Below, piece by piece: positions 26,194 to 37,818 of a stretch of 64,000 nucleotides of DNA. A program made the position numbers and the translations under genes. The DNA comes from Podarcis pityusensis (taxonomy: Eukaryota). Position 1 is the stretch's first letter, and each line of letters starts with the position of its first letter. Under the pieces are notes generated by a model. The model was given only the letters and a program-made list of their open reading frames with translations. It searched no databases and was not told where the DNA came from. Location of the stretch: assembly GCA_964106645.2 (NCBI GenBank), contig OZ067041.1. One strand, given 5' to 3'.

Positions 26194-26769
26194 TGTTGTG
26201 AACCCCTGGCCTACCTAGCAGCAAGTTAGCATGTCAAGTCCCCAGTCCAGTCAAAGTCCCCCAGTCAAAACACATGTCCAAGCTGAAGCACAGCCCCACG
26301 GAAATCCTGACACATCCAAGCTGAGGTCCATCAACATGGGCCATTAAGCAGACACAGCACCTCAGCTCTGCTTCCCGTTTGTACTCTGCATGCTGTTTGC
26401 ATCATCTGGGCTTGATGAGGCATGTGACCCTCACCTGTTCCAAGCCTACTTCAGCTAAGAAATCCCACACTTCCTCCCAGAGCTAACGACCCCCACCTGG
26501 CCAGCTAGGTTGCTGGGCTGTCGGCCCTTGACTGCCTCAGGCTTCCTAGAGTGCCCTGCCTGCTGCTCCCTACACCTCAGAGCCTGACATGTTTGTGGAG
26601 ACAGGTGCCCCTCTGGTTCTGGTGATGTTTCCTGCTGCTCTGGTTCCTGTGCACTGACCTCCCCCATCTCCTTGTCATCCTTTGTTGCCCTGTGAGTACT
26701 TCCTACACCAACCTTTCCTTCTCCATCCCCGGATCCTCCTCCTCCTTGCTGTCCTGCCAGTTTATGACA
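26194..26769. mobile_element. Solo LTR (probably Ty3/Gypsy), 576 bp
   Basis: TG...CA ends with inverted termini TGTTGTGAAC/GTTTATGACA; 5-bp TSD GTAAT/GCAAT; GC-richer than its flanks; cleanly splits the CR1. Confidence 0.75.
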
Positions 26770-26940
26770 GCAATAGGGGAGGTGATGAAGGTTTAGAAAA
26801 CTATGCATGGTGTGCAGAAGGCATGAAGAAAAATGTTTTTCTCCACCTCTCATAATACTAGAATTCAGGGTTATCTATTGAACCTGAATGGAGGGAATCT
26901 TAGGTCAGACAGATAAAAAAAAATTCAGCCAACAAGCAGT

Positions 26941-27175
26941 GGGTGTTATCCAACTACATAGATCTGCTGGCACAAGGATTACCATTTGCATAATGGAATT
27001 TTTCTGCTCCCTGCATGCGCCTGTACCCACCTTCCCCTAAAAAAACTGCTCTGGATTGTTGGGGGGACGACCCCTAGAACAGATTCAGAGTGTTTGCGGT
27101 GATAGGAAAGGAAGAAGTTCCACTGTACAAGCAGAAATCCTTGCACTAGCAGATCTATTTCGTTGGATACTGCCC
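26941..27175. mobile_element. Long-TIR MITE (PIF/Harbinger-like)
   Basis: ~40-bp inverted ends GGGTGTTATCCAAC..AGATCTGCT..CAAGGATT / AATCCTTG..AGCAGATCT..GTTGGATACTGCCC. A possible decayed relative lies at ~40570-40755. Confidence 0.7.
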
Positions 27176-28264
27176 AACTGATTTACAGAATTCACAGCTG
27201 TAAGATGTAATGACAGCCAGTAGCTTAGAGCCTGAAAAAGATTTTAGACAAATCCTTGGAGAATACCTCTTTTAATGGCTACAGCCATTCCTAGACGTAT
27301 TTTCCAATAATTTGTCTAAACTCTTTTTGAAGCCATAAGCTACTGGCTCACACCACGTATGATGAATTCTGGCTATATGCAGTCTTCAGGTTTCAGACAC
27401 AATATGCATCCAAGTACTAGCTGTTGGGGGGGGGGAGAAATGCAGCAGGACAGGGTATTTGCCTCCGTGTTGTGCTTGTGAGCTTCCTACAAGCACCTGG
27501 TTCACCACTGTGGGAAACGGGATGTTGGACTAGATAGGCCTTCGGTCTGATCCAGCAGCGCTTATTATATCTTCTTACTGGTTTCAATAAAACCAAAGTT
27601 TTCTATACTAACTTGAGTGTTACTTAGTGTTGTGATAGGATTGTTAAATTATAGGAAACATTGGAAATGTCTTTATATCAAGGCCATTTTTGCTGCCTTT
27701 GTTAGATTTACATTTTCCCATGATGGAACCCAAGACAGTGTTAGTGTAGTTCCCAGATACTCACCATCCAGGCACTGACTAGAGTAGACCTTGACTCTAG
27801 TCTTCAGGAAGGTGCTTTCAGACTGCACCCTGGGATTACTACAGTAGATAGGTTGTAATGCTTAAAGTTCTAAGTTGTAGTGATGGGGCAAACTCCCTCA
27901 ATTATGAACAGAATTGGATTTGGATATACAAACTATTTCCCTAAGCTTAAAAAAAAATAGCATTGCTTATTCTGAGATGAATTATGTCTCTGGGAGATAC
28001 AAAAAGATCTGATTCCATACCCCAGACTCTAAAATGAGCCTCCAATTTCCCATCCTACCATCCTGTCTATCTAGCTTGCTGCTCATGGGTCAAGTAGCGG
28101 GTTGGAAGCAAAGGTCTCTCTTGCCTCTCTCCTTTCTGGGATTGGGTATTGCTGTTATGGCTGTGAGCAAGACACCAGGAGCATTTCCCCATTGCTGTTG
28201 ATCTGCCACTGCTGGGAAAACAACATATACCTGGTTTATAGCCATAGTAGCGTGTCAGAATACA

Positions 28265-28433
28265 TAGGGTTGCCGTATTTTAAAAAGTAAAAACCAGGAC
28301 ACCCCGAAAGTTGTTGAGCTTTTCAATTGACTTGCCTAAGATCCAGGACAAAGCGCCGCCTTTCAGAAATTTTCCCCCGGATGTTAATTCCGCCTTTGAA
28401 ATCCCGGTAATGTCTGGACATTTGGCAGCCCTA
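28265..28433 (+). mobile_element. hAT (Blackjack-like) MITE
   Basis: TAGGGTTGCC...GGCAGCCCTA with perfect 8-bp TSD AGAATACA. Confidence 0.9.
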
Positions 28434-28734
28434 AGAATACAGAGAGGGGAAAGAAACTTCCCTTAAATGAAGTGATTGGATCTTATTTTAGGTAATATAG
28501 GTTGCTGGCACGAGAGGACGGGTTCCTACTTCAAAGGATTTATAATCTAATAATAGCCACAAGGGGGACAACAGTGGGAGAGCATGGAGATGGAGGGAGA
28601 TGTAAACAGGAAAATATAATGTGATTATCATGTTATACTTTGAATATTAGTATTAGCTATGTGCTGTTAGCCCTTGGGCAAGTTGCTGCAGCACTGTTCT
28701 TCAAGACTGTTTGTAGCAGAGGAGGAAGTTAGAA

Positions 28735-28933
28735 ACCATAGCTCCATCATAAAGCAGATGTGTTGCATACAAAAGGTCACATGTTCAATCCCCAGCAATG
28801 CCAGCAAAGGACCTTGTGTGGCAGGGCTCAGCTTACTTCCAGATACATTGGTGACCTGCTGCCAGTCAGAGTGGACAGTACTAAGGTAGATGGATCCAGG
28901 GTCTGACGTGGTATAAGGCAGCTCCATATGTTC
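28735..28933 (+). mobile_element. Decayed tRNA-derived SINE with CR1-like tail
   Basis: GTTCAATCCC B box; CTGCCAGTCAG..TAGATGGA..TCTGAC..TATAAGGCAGCT tail; homologous to 29293. Confidence 0.7.
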
Positions 28934-29292
28934 ACAGTTACAACGTTTGTTCATAGGAATGCATTTGCAAGTCACACCCGTAAAGAAAGGGAAGGACATA
29001 TAGCTGTATCTATTTTGAGTGTCTACTTGTGTGTCAGACTTGGATGTGCTATGACACTGAATCCCAGCACTGGATATACGTAGCTTGAAATATATTATAA
29101 GCCATGTTCCTGTTAAGATTTTCAGTATTTTTGTAGATTACTGGTACCCTTACAAGTATTTTTCTGTTTCTCATCCAAAATTGGTAAAATAATAAAGACC
29201 TTCAGAATACTGCAGCCTATGTATCTTCATCTGTAGGAGTAATTTTGTTGGAGCAAAAACTCATAAGCCTTTTATTTAGCAAGCTGACTGTG

Positions 29293-29478
29293 GGAAGGGC
29301 TGTAGTTTAGTGGTAGAGCACCTGCTTTTCATGTAGAAGGGCCTAGGTTTAATCCCCAGCATCTTCTGGTGACACTAGGAATGACTTCCTGTCTGAAAAC
29401 CTGGAGAGCTGCTGGCAGTTAGTGCAGACAGACCATGCTAAGCTAGATGGACTTGGGCTCTGACATGGCAGCTTCCTT
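29293..29478 (+). mobile_element. tRNA-derived SINE with CR1-like tail (Squam2-like)
   Basis: TAGTTTAGTGGTAGAGCA A box, GGTTTAATCCC B box, then CCTGGAGAGCTGCT..TAGATGGAC..GGCAGCTTCCT. Confidence 0.75.
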
Positions 29479-30679
29479 TGTGTGTAACCACAGTCCACAT
29501 GGATAAATGTACATTAGGACGGTGCCTAGCCTGTTGTAGTAATAGACAAATGTACCGTACTTCTGGGGAAGCCATCTATGGAAGCGATACAGTATGTGTA
29601 TTTTTCACTACTGTGCCTGTTCTCTATAAGTCTCTGTGCCTACATATTTTTATTTTCACTTCTGGTACTGTATTAGAAATTGTGCATACAGTGGAGTTGA
29701 GTGAGCAAGTCTTACAACAAGTTGGAGGGTGCATGTATCATCCAAATATTTTGAACCTGACTTATTTTTTTCTGCAGACTTGAAGCTGAGAATGTGTCTC
29801 CTGTGGGAAGTAGCCTAGTTGCTCACTTGTGTGTACTTTATAAGCTCACTTATGGTATATATGTATGGTTCTTACCACACATGAAATGTTATATACTCTC
29901 TCTCTCTCTCTCTCCCTCCCATCACTGTATATAAAATATTGCTTCTGCAGCTTTAAGATGGGAACATAGAAATTCACTTGAAAGTTGGTCACATAAGAGT
30001 ACAAGTTTGTCTGCCTTGTATCTGCTAAGTAAATATACACGTGTATTTTAGATGTGGCGTAATGTTTTAAAATCTCATTTTTACTGTTCAATTGCCGTGG
30101 TTATTATTTTCTTCGTAATGAATCAGACTGAGGGTGAGCTGAAAGTGCTGCATCTGAGACCTTATACTAGTTTAAATAACCATGTCCTGTTTACAGTTCA
30201 AAAAAGGGTTTATTTCTGTCCTTGTAACAGTGTGTACTATGTCCTATAGTACATGTTGCACCTGTTCAGACATAAGTAGAAGACATTATTATAGCTGTTG
30301 TGGGGAGAAGATTCCATATATATATATTTGGGAGGGAGGGAATGCTGGAGAAATGGCCTTCCCTTAATTTGTTTACTGGCAACCTCTTCTGCAGCCTTCC
30401 TCCTAAGCAAGATCGGTTTTCCCTGTTCCACTATTGTCTGGGGAAATCTATCTTCAGGAGTTGCTTTCTTAAAAAGATCTCATGCCCAGTCATCAGAAGG
30501 CTTTGTGTGGTTTGCCTGTCAAAAGAGATATGTTTACACTTTCCATGCATGTGTTAAAGCTATCAGGTTACAAAGCAGAGTGGCTGATGCATTTCAGCCT
30601 TTCCTGCTAATATACACACCAAAAAAATGTATTTATGATAATTACACGGACTGCCTGGAACAATGCATTCCAACATCCT

Positions 30680-30790
30680 GTAACATAAATAAGGAAGGTG
30701 GGGCCAGCTGACATTAAACGGCTTGTGTGCCAGAAATCCTGATCTCCACTATATATATACCCTTTTCTATTGCACGGTCTCAGTCTGGCA
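30680..30790 (+). promoter_or_regulatory. Candidate internal core promoter (TATA + Inr + E-box)
   Basis: TATATATATA at 30750-30759; Inr TCAGTCT at 30780-30786 (A at 30782, 30-32 nt downstream); CAGCTG at 30705-30710. Confidence 0.55.
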
Positions 30791-30906
30791 GCGTTGAACC
30801 TGTTGCTGCATTAGCCGAGTTGTATTTTGCTAGATAGGGGAAGGAGGGTTGTCTGCTGTCTGGTAGGAGGGCTTTGTCTGTGTGTGCCTTTCTCTCTATC
30901 TCTCAC

Positions 30907-31074
30907 NNNNNNNNNNNNNNNNNNNNNNNNNNNNNNNNNNNNNNNNNNNNNNNNNNNNNNNNNNNNNNNNNNNNNNNNNNNNNNNNNNNNNNNNNNNNNN
31001 NNNNNNNNNNNNNNNNNNNNNNNNNNNNNNNNNNNNNNNNNNNNNNNNNNNNNNNNNNNNNNNNNNNNNNNNNN
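30907..31074. other. Assembly gap, 168 N
   Basis: Run of N following a CT-rich tract. Confidence 0.98.
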
Positions 31075-31094
31075 CTTCCAGGGAGACAGCGACT

Positions 31095-31126
31095 ATGAGG
31101 AGACAAACTGAGGACTGGGGAGCAAG
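31095..31126 (+). CDS. Coding part of a candidate alternative first exon, MRRQTEDWGA(R/S), phase-2 donor
   Basis: GCGACT-ATG (A at -3), 32 purine-rich nt, donor AAG|GTAGGC; downstream of TATA/Inr in a TE-poor block. Confidence 0.5.
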
Positions 31127-31582
31127 GTAGGCCAGTCAACTTTTATAAAAAAAGGAGAGAGAGAGAATATTTTCCTTTCCTTTCCCCACAATCCCCCCCT
31201 CCTTCCCTTGACACTTCTGTATTATCTCCTCTCCTCTTGCTGTTTTATTTTAGGGATGCAAGTTTTGTGAGACCTATGTGTGAGCAGAAAATTTTGGAAC
31301 ATCTATAGGCCAGCCTCCTTCACAAATGCATCCCCCCCTTCCTCTATACCACTTATTTAAAGATATGCTGCTTTATAATATTTCACTTTAATTACTTTTT
31401 ATTTTAAATCAGGAAAGGAAACAAATATGTTTGTTTTTCCAACACCGGTTCCAAGTAAATCAATATCTTTCACTCCTTTAAAACAACCCTCTCCGTATGT
31501 TAGTGGGTCTCTGCTTTTTCCTTTCTGTTTATGTTCCATCTGTCTGTCCATATATCATGTTCTCCTTGTTTACTGCTAAATG

Positions 31583-31584
<2 letters not shown>

Positions 31585-31611
<27 letters not shown>
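31585..31611. repeat. (TG)n microsatellite
   Basis: Directly visible. Confidence 0.95.
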
Positions 31612-31615
<4 letters not shown>

Positions 31616-32038
31616 TGTCTCAGTGTTTGCCAATGAGTTTTTAACTGTAATGCCGGTGACCAGAGATTACAGTTACTGTTCTTTGTTTGGTATCTGTTGT
31701 GAGTTTAAAGTCCATATTTTCGATATATGAAAACAAATTGCAACCTGGGAAGCAGGCCGCACTATTTTGAAAGGGATTTTAAAAATATATATAAATCATT
31801 CTTTGGGGATAGATGTTCTCGAATGCAATATTCTACATCTATCTGTTCCCTGCCTGCCAAAAAATATATTTAAAAAAAAATATATGATTGCTGCTAGTGT
31901 GTGAAAGAAGGAAAAAAAGAGAGAGTATAGCTTTTTTTTTTTTTTACTAGACGGGCTACTCTTGAGGAGTAAGAATTCAAACTTTCTAAAAGGGAGTTAG
32001 TATCCCTGATTTCTTCCAATCCTCTTCCTCCCCCCCTC

Positions 32039-32066
32039 CACACACACACACACACACACACACACG
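32039..32066. repeat. (CA)n microsatellite
   Basis: Directly visible. Confidence 0.95.
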
Positions 32067-35000
32067 CATATATACACACAACTCTATACACACAACTCTT
32101 TTCATCCCACACTCTCTTGAAGTGTGCTTGTGTTTTGCTCTGTGTTGATGCTGGGAGAGGGTCTTTTACAATGTACCAAAATGTCTTGAGAGAGGGTGCT
32201 TTATTAATTTTTTTTTAAAAGGCTATTTATTCCTTTTCTCCCATAAGCTGTATATTGTTTCAAGCACTGGAGATGTTTGCGAGATTATTTTTATTTTGCC
32301 AAGGAACGGACTGTGATGAGTGCCGAAGACCATTTTAAATTGTTTGAGGAGCTTTTCATGATAGTTCTTTCTCTCTCCCCCCCCCCCTCCCCGCAGTAGC
32401 TTTTAAAGGCTGGCCAAGCTGATCCATTTAGAAGGATTTTTAAACCTGAACTCATGTCTGTGCTTCTACAGAGTAAAACTACAACACTCGCTGGCTATAT
32501 AAAAAGAAAGCAGGAGAAAGTGGAAGGGAGTTACATAAAATATTGTGGAGAATCCATGAGTAATTACTATGCTATAGAAAATGGATGCTAATCAGTGGAG
32601 ATCTTTCAACAGTCACAATCCATTAAAAACAAGATTATAAAATAACAAGAGACATACCTTATTTTAAATTGCATTAGGCCTTTCTTGATAACACAAAGGA
32701 GGCCTTACAGCTATTTACCTAACCCACCTAGCAGCGTAGAAGAGATTGCTCGCATCATTTATTTAATTTATACTTTCCAGATGATAAAAGTTTTTGATGT
32801 TATCAGTGTTGTCCACTTGAAAGCAGCATGCCAAGTTTTTCTTTTGTTGCTGCTGTTGTTTTTTTAAACTTATAAGCTTCCCATCTCACCAGAGGATATG
32901 CTGGACAAGCCATGTTAATTTAAACTACTGCAACAAATGATCCAACAGACTTGGCAAAGAAGGCTCCCTCATGCTATATTGAATTTTTTTCAGCCCCTAA
33001 TACTTTGATAAATGTGCATTAAAATAAGTTTGGTTGGCAAAATGTTTTATGATGGACTTTTAAGTACAGTTTTCTGCAGTGTGACACTCCACCCCCAGCA
33101 GCCCAAGATGATATTACTTCGGATAGCAATTCAGTTGCCTCTTTTATCTTCCCTTACTTATCATTTAAGTCAGACACACCAACAGTTGTTTTTAAGCAAG
33201 GACATATACTTCTTTTTAAATATATATGAACTAAGCATAAGAATCTGTAGCCTTAAAAGTGTACGTAGTTCCCCTGCCAGGAATTGCAGACCTTGAAACT
33301 TTGGTCTAGGCTGGGAGGTAGGAAAGCGAGAAGAGCTGTGTGCAAATTATTAAATGCCTCAGAGGGGGAGCAATTTGGTGAACGCTTGGCAAGCTTCAGC
33401 AGCAGTGTTCAGCTGCCAGTCACCCCATGTGAAGTGTATGTGTTTTCAGACACCTGATGCTTGCTTTTGAACTAGAATAGTATATATTCCCTTATAGGAT
33501 ACCTCTTTCAATTGCAGGGATCCTTGCAGGCTTATCATATTTTATTTTATTGTAATATTTCATGAATTTGTGGTATGGAAGATGTTGTGCCAGCTGTTCT
33601 ACATCCCCCTTTTTAAAAAAGGGTAAAAATATATTGCTTAATTTTATAAGACCCTTGGGTGAGCAAAATATCACATTGCATGGGGCAAATCTCTCTCTCT
33701 CTCTGTGTGTGCTTTTTCCTGAGTTAAAAGAAGAATGTGGATTTTAAAAGAAAAAAAATTGTCATTGAAAATATTTGATTTTTTTGGCATAAATTATTTC
33801 CCTGCAAAATCTCTCTTAATTAACAGAACTTGTATTGAGCCATAACTTGTATGGTACTTGATGGTAACTTGTATTGAGCCGTGAAAAGTAAACTTCAGAA
33901 GAAGTAACTGAGTGAGCAGTAATGAATGTTAGTAACGTTGCTGGGCATAATAGGTTGTGCACCTTGCAGTTCTTTGAAACCCCTTTCCATCTAGTAGGAG
34001 AACATCCTACAGTAGCGTTGGTTTGGTCACAGTCTGCTTTATTTTAGCGTTGGAACAGACAGTTATCTAACACACCCACATGAGGAAGTGCTCTGAAGTA
34101 GTTATTTCATGCTTTGCCATGCCCTGTAGCTAAAACAATTTGGACTGACTGGTATACATGTATTCTTCGTTAATTCCTTTGAGAGTTTAGTCAGTCCCTA
34201 CTTGTTAATAGGACCAGAATGTGAAAATACCAAGCAGGCAAATTTGGTAGCAAAATGTCTACTAAACTGAAGTTTGTTTCGGAAATTATTTTCTGCTATA
34301 TTTGGCTTTAGGGTCACGACCCAAAGTTCATTGACTTCAATGGACTTTGGCTAAAGCCTTTATGGAAGAGAGAAAATCATTCAGTCCTTTTTACTTGATA
34401 AAGTCGTATGGGACAGTTTTCTGATTTATTAGAAATATTAAGTTTTCTCTCCTGCAAGAGAAGCATAGATGAATACCTATGAAGCATTAAAGAATAGCAA
34501 CAAAAGCAAGAAACTTAAAGACATTTAGAGTTAGTTTTAACTCCATTTAAAATATCCTTTCTGCATCTCTTAAAAAAAAGCCTTAGTAATTTTCAAGGAG
34601 AGCTGTTACATGAAACATTCTGCTCAGAAAAAGATGAAAAAAGTGACCTTCTTGATCAGTTTCATCCTTATGTAATTTTATAGGACTTCTCTACGGCAGC
34701 ACAGCAAAGATACTTGTGGCCGTGAGGAGCTTAAAAAAAACAACGGTTCAAGTTTATTCCAAGTTATTTATTTTTAAAAAATATATATTAAACTCTTTTA
34801 ATTATTTATGTTACAAAACAAAACAAACAAAAAACAAACCCAGCATCTCCTCTGTCTGCATAGTATTGGCAATTCAGTTCCAGCATCAGCAGGGAAACTA
34901 CCAGTATATGCAAAAGTGAAACTGGCTTCAGATAAAATGCTTGCCCTGCTCAAGTAAACACAAAGTAAAAATAAACCCCAAAACACCTAACCAATAAATG

Positions 35001-36665
35001 ATGATGATGATTTAAATATGCTCTCTTCTCTAATAGGCTTTCTTCAATAGCGATGTTATTGTAGTATGATAAGGTAGATCTTGACGCTTTTATGCCATGG
35101 TTCCCAGTTACATACTGAGGTAAGAGTTTGTTTCTTCTCAGGCTTGGGACCCATTCAACTTAACTGCGTGTGTCCTGGATAGTCTTGCTTATTTTTCAGT
35201 ATTCTGAAATTTTTGTTGAAAACTAATGCTTGCTGTTGCTTTTTTTTTTTTTTTAGGACACATTTTTCTATCCTGTACCACTAGGGCCTGATCCTTTGCT
35301 TCTTCATTGTCATCGTTCTTCAGTCTCTAGCACTAATTAATTGAAGTGTTTGTTTTTGCCAGGATTCTAAGAAGGCCAGCAGGGGCTGAGGGTATTGTGA
35401 AATAGGTAGAAGGAATTGTGAAAGGAATGGACATATCCAGTTTTCATTAGTCACAGGACGAACAGTATGTAACTTGGAGCTTTTGAAGGCATAGTTAAGG
35501 CATGGGTAGCTTCAAAACATAATGGGTACAAATCCGTATGCCACTGAAATCAAGTAGTGTGACTTGACTCCTCTTAATTATATTTTATTATATTTTATTG
35601 CATCCATTGTTGTGTATAAAATAAAATTTAAAGAACAATGGACATCTACTAATTGTATGGCTTTGATTAAATGAGAATGGAAGGAGGCCTGTCTTTTGAC
35701 ATCTCTCTCTCTCTTTGCTTTGAGTCTGCTGTCTCTCACTTAGTAGTAACCCATATTCAGTTTTTCATAGGGAATATGCTTTTGTTGCTGCTGTCCCTGC
35801 TGTACTTGTTCTGCAAATATCATAGACCGTTAAACAGGCATCCTTAATAGCAAATGTGTTCTGATTTAGCTTCGTTTTTCTGTTAAATGTGTGCAGCAAA
35901 AATGATGAAATCAATTCCCACTTTCCCTTATTGGATGCCTTGTTCAAGTTTCAGTTTATTCAATTTGAATTTTTAAAAATTAATTGATATTAATTCTTCT
36001 GAATTGTAAGCAGCGTAAGGATATGCGGTGCATACAGTTTAACCAGTATGGTCAATTCAGATGTTTCCAATCTCTACACCATGATCTGGGGAGATCTTGA
36101 ACATGCCTATTGGCTCCCTCTTCTCCCCCCACCCTATTTGTACAGGAATCTCCCCATCCTACCATAGTTAGCTGCAACCATAGCTATAGTCTTACATCTG
36201 ATAACTGTGATTAGAGCTATCTAGGATTTCTCCAAATCATGGTTTGAACCCTTGGTTTTGAGGCAACTGTGATTACCTTGTCTCTCATTGTAGTAGGCCC
36301 CAGTTATGACTCGAAACTAAACTATAGTTAAAGCAAACCATGGAAGAATACGTCAAGAATAGGTGCAAGATGAAGGATGTCGATTAAGAAAGTTCTATTA
36401 TTTGAAGTTTGAAATTTTATGTTTAAATTGAACCATTATGAATGGAAGCTTTTGTTGCACTAAAATGTAAACACTCCACAATCAATGGTTGAGTTTACCT
36501 AAATATCATTGTCTGGTTGTATTGAGGTCTCTGTGCCGCTGCTGATAGTGTAGCTCAACCACAATTCTGATACACATTTACAAAAAGTTATATGCATTCC
36601 AGTCAGTATCCCCCCCCCCCCAGTTCTGTTTAGATTGCAGTCCTTAGCTCATTTACATGGGAGTA

Positions 36666-36891
36666 CAGTAGTACCTCGGGTTATAAACACTTCGGGTTAC
36701 AGACTCCGCTAACCTGGAAGTGGTACCTTGGTTTAAGAACTTTTCCTCAGGATGAGAACAGAAATCACGTGCTGGTGGTGCGGCAGCAACATGAGGCCCC
36801 ATTAGCTAAAGTGGTACCTCAGGTTAAGAACAGTTTCGGGTTAAGAACAGACCTGCGGAACGAATTAAGTTTGTAACCAGAGGTACAACTG
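36666..36891 (-). mobile_element. Tigger/pogo-like MITE (19056 family, inverted)
   Basis: TA|CAGTAGTACCTCGGGTTA...GAGGTACAACTG|TA. Confidence 0.9.
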
Positions 36892-37654
36892 TATTGTAAG
36901 TCTTGTTGAATCTAGAGGGACTTAACTGAGGAAGCCATTCAGAGGATTGGACAGTCCTGGGTGGAATTTCTTCAACATACTACATTCTTATTGTTGAGCA
37001 GGTTTGTAGTGATAGGTCATTAGCATGATATGACTGAAGGAAGGAACACTGAATACAGATGCTTGCATTTCACAGTATCCAGGATATTTATAACCCCTGA
37101 AACTAATTGATTACTGACATTGTGTTTTTCTCTAGTTTAAAAAAGCACACCCTCTAGATACAGGTCTTTGAGAAACTTTTGTTGTTTTCAAATTCCAGGC
37201 AGACTTATAAATGTGCTATCAAGATAGGATTGAAAACTTTGGGTGAAGTTCCCACACTTATATTGTTTGCTTTGGTTTATAAGAGACAGTATAGGGGCGA
37301 CTATATTAAAAAACAACAGATAATGGTGTACTGTTGTCTGATAAGCTGCAGGTGTCTTAGGAAGGAGATGGGATTTGAGTAGAAAAGCCTGGAGCTGATA
37401 AAATATAGGAGAATGGAAAGGTTTGGTTTTGTTAAATCTAAGGCAGTGTTTGTACTGGTGCAAATCTAAAGATTTGCTCCAATTATACATTTGATTCAGC
37501 TGCAGAGGTGGTCTATGTCCATCTGCTCTGCAGCATGACCAAACATAACTTGTGACTCAGTGGGAGCATTCAGTCAAGAGGGCTTTTGATGTGAGGTTGT
37601 CCTTTACTATGCTATTCCTGTTTTTGAGGTCCCCTTAATCTCACTTCAACAGAG

Positions 37655-37818
37655 ACATCTCTGTGGCGCAATGAGTCAGTACATCTCACTGCTAACCAGA
37701 AGGTTGGTGGTTCAAGCCCACCCAGGGATGGCTGTAGGCAGGATTCTTGCATTGTAGGGAGTTGTACTAGATGACCCTCAAGGTCCCTTTCCATTTATGC
37801 AGTTCTATGATGCTATGA
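37655..37818 (+). mobile_element. Short tRNA-derived SINE with CR1 tail
   Basis: TGGCGCAATGAG A box, GGTTCAAGCCC B box, and TAGATGACCCTCAAGGTCCCTT..TTCTATGA CR1 3' end. Confidence 0.8.

Larger units (their letters stand above)
25995..27578 (+). mobile_element. Decayed CR1 3' portion interrupted by a solo LTR and a MITE
   Basis: CTGGAAAAGGTGCAGAAAAGGGCA (LEKVQKRA) and TATGAGGAAAGGTTG (YEERL); resumes at 26770; CR1 tail GGACTAGATAGGCC..TCTGATCCAGCAG at ~27527-27558. Confidence 0.8.

Noticed and set aside
29293-29365. tRNA-like sequence (also 37655, 47686, 60340)
   Set aside because: Degenerate stems running directly into SINE bodies and tails.
30827-31139. ORFs spanning N runs (also 49507-49834)
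   Set aside because: Artefacts of the gaps; only the segment from ATG 31095 is retained.
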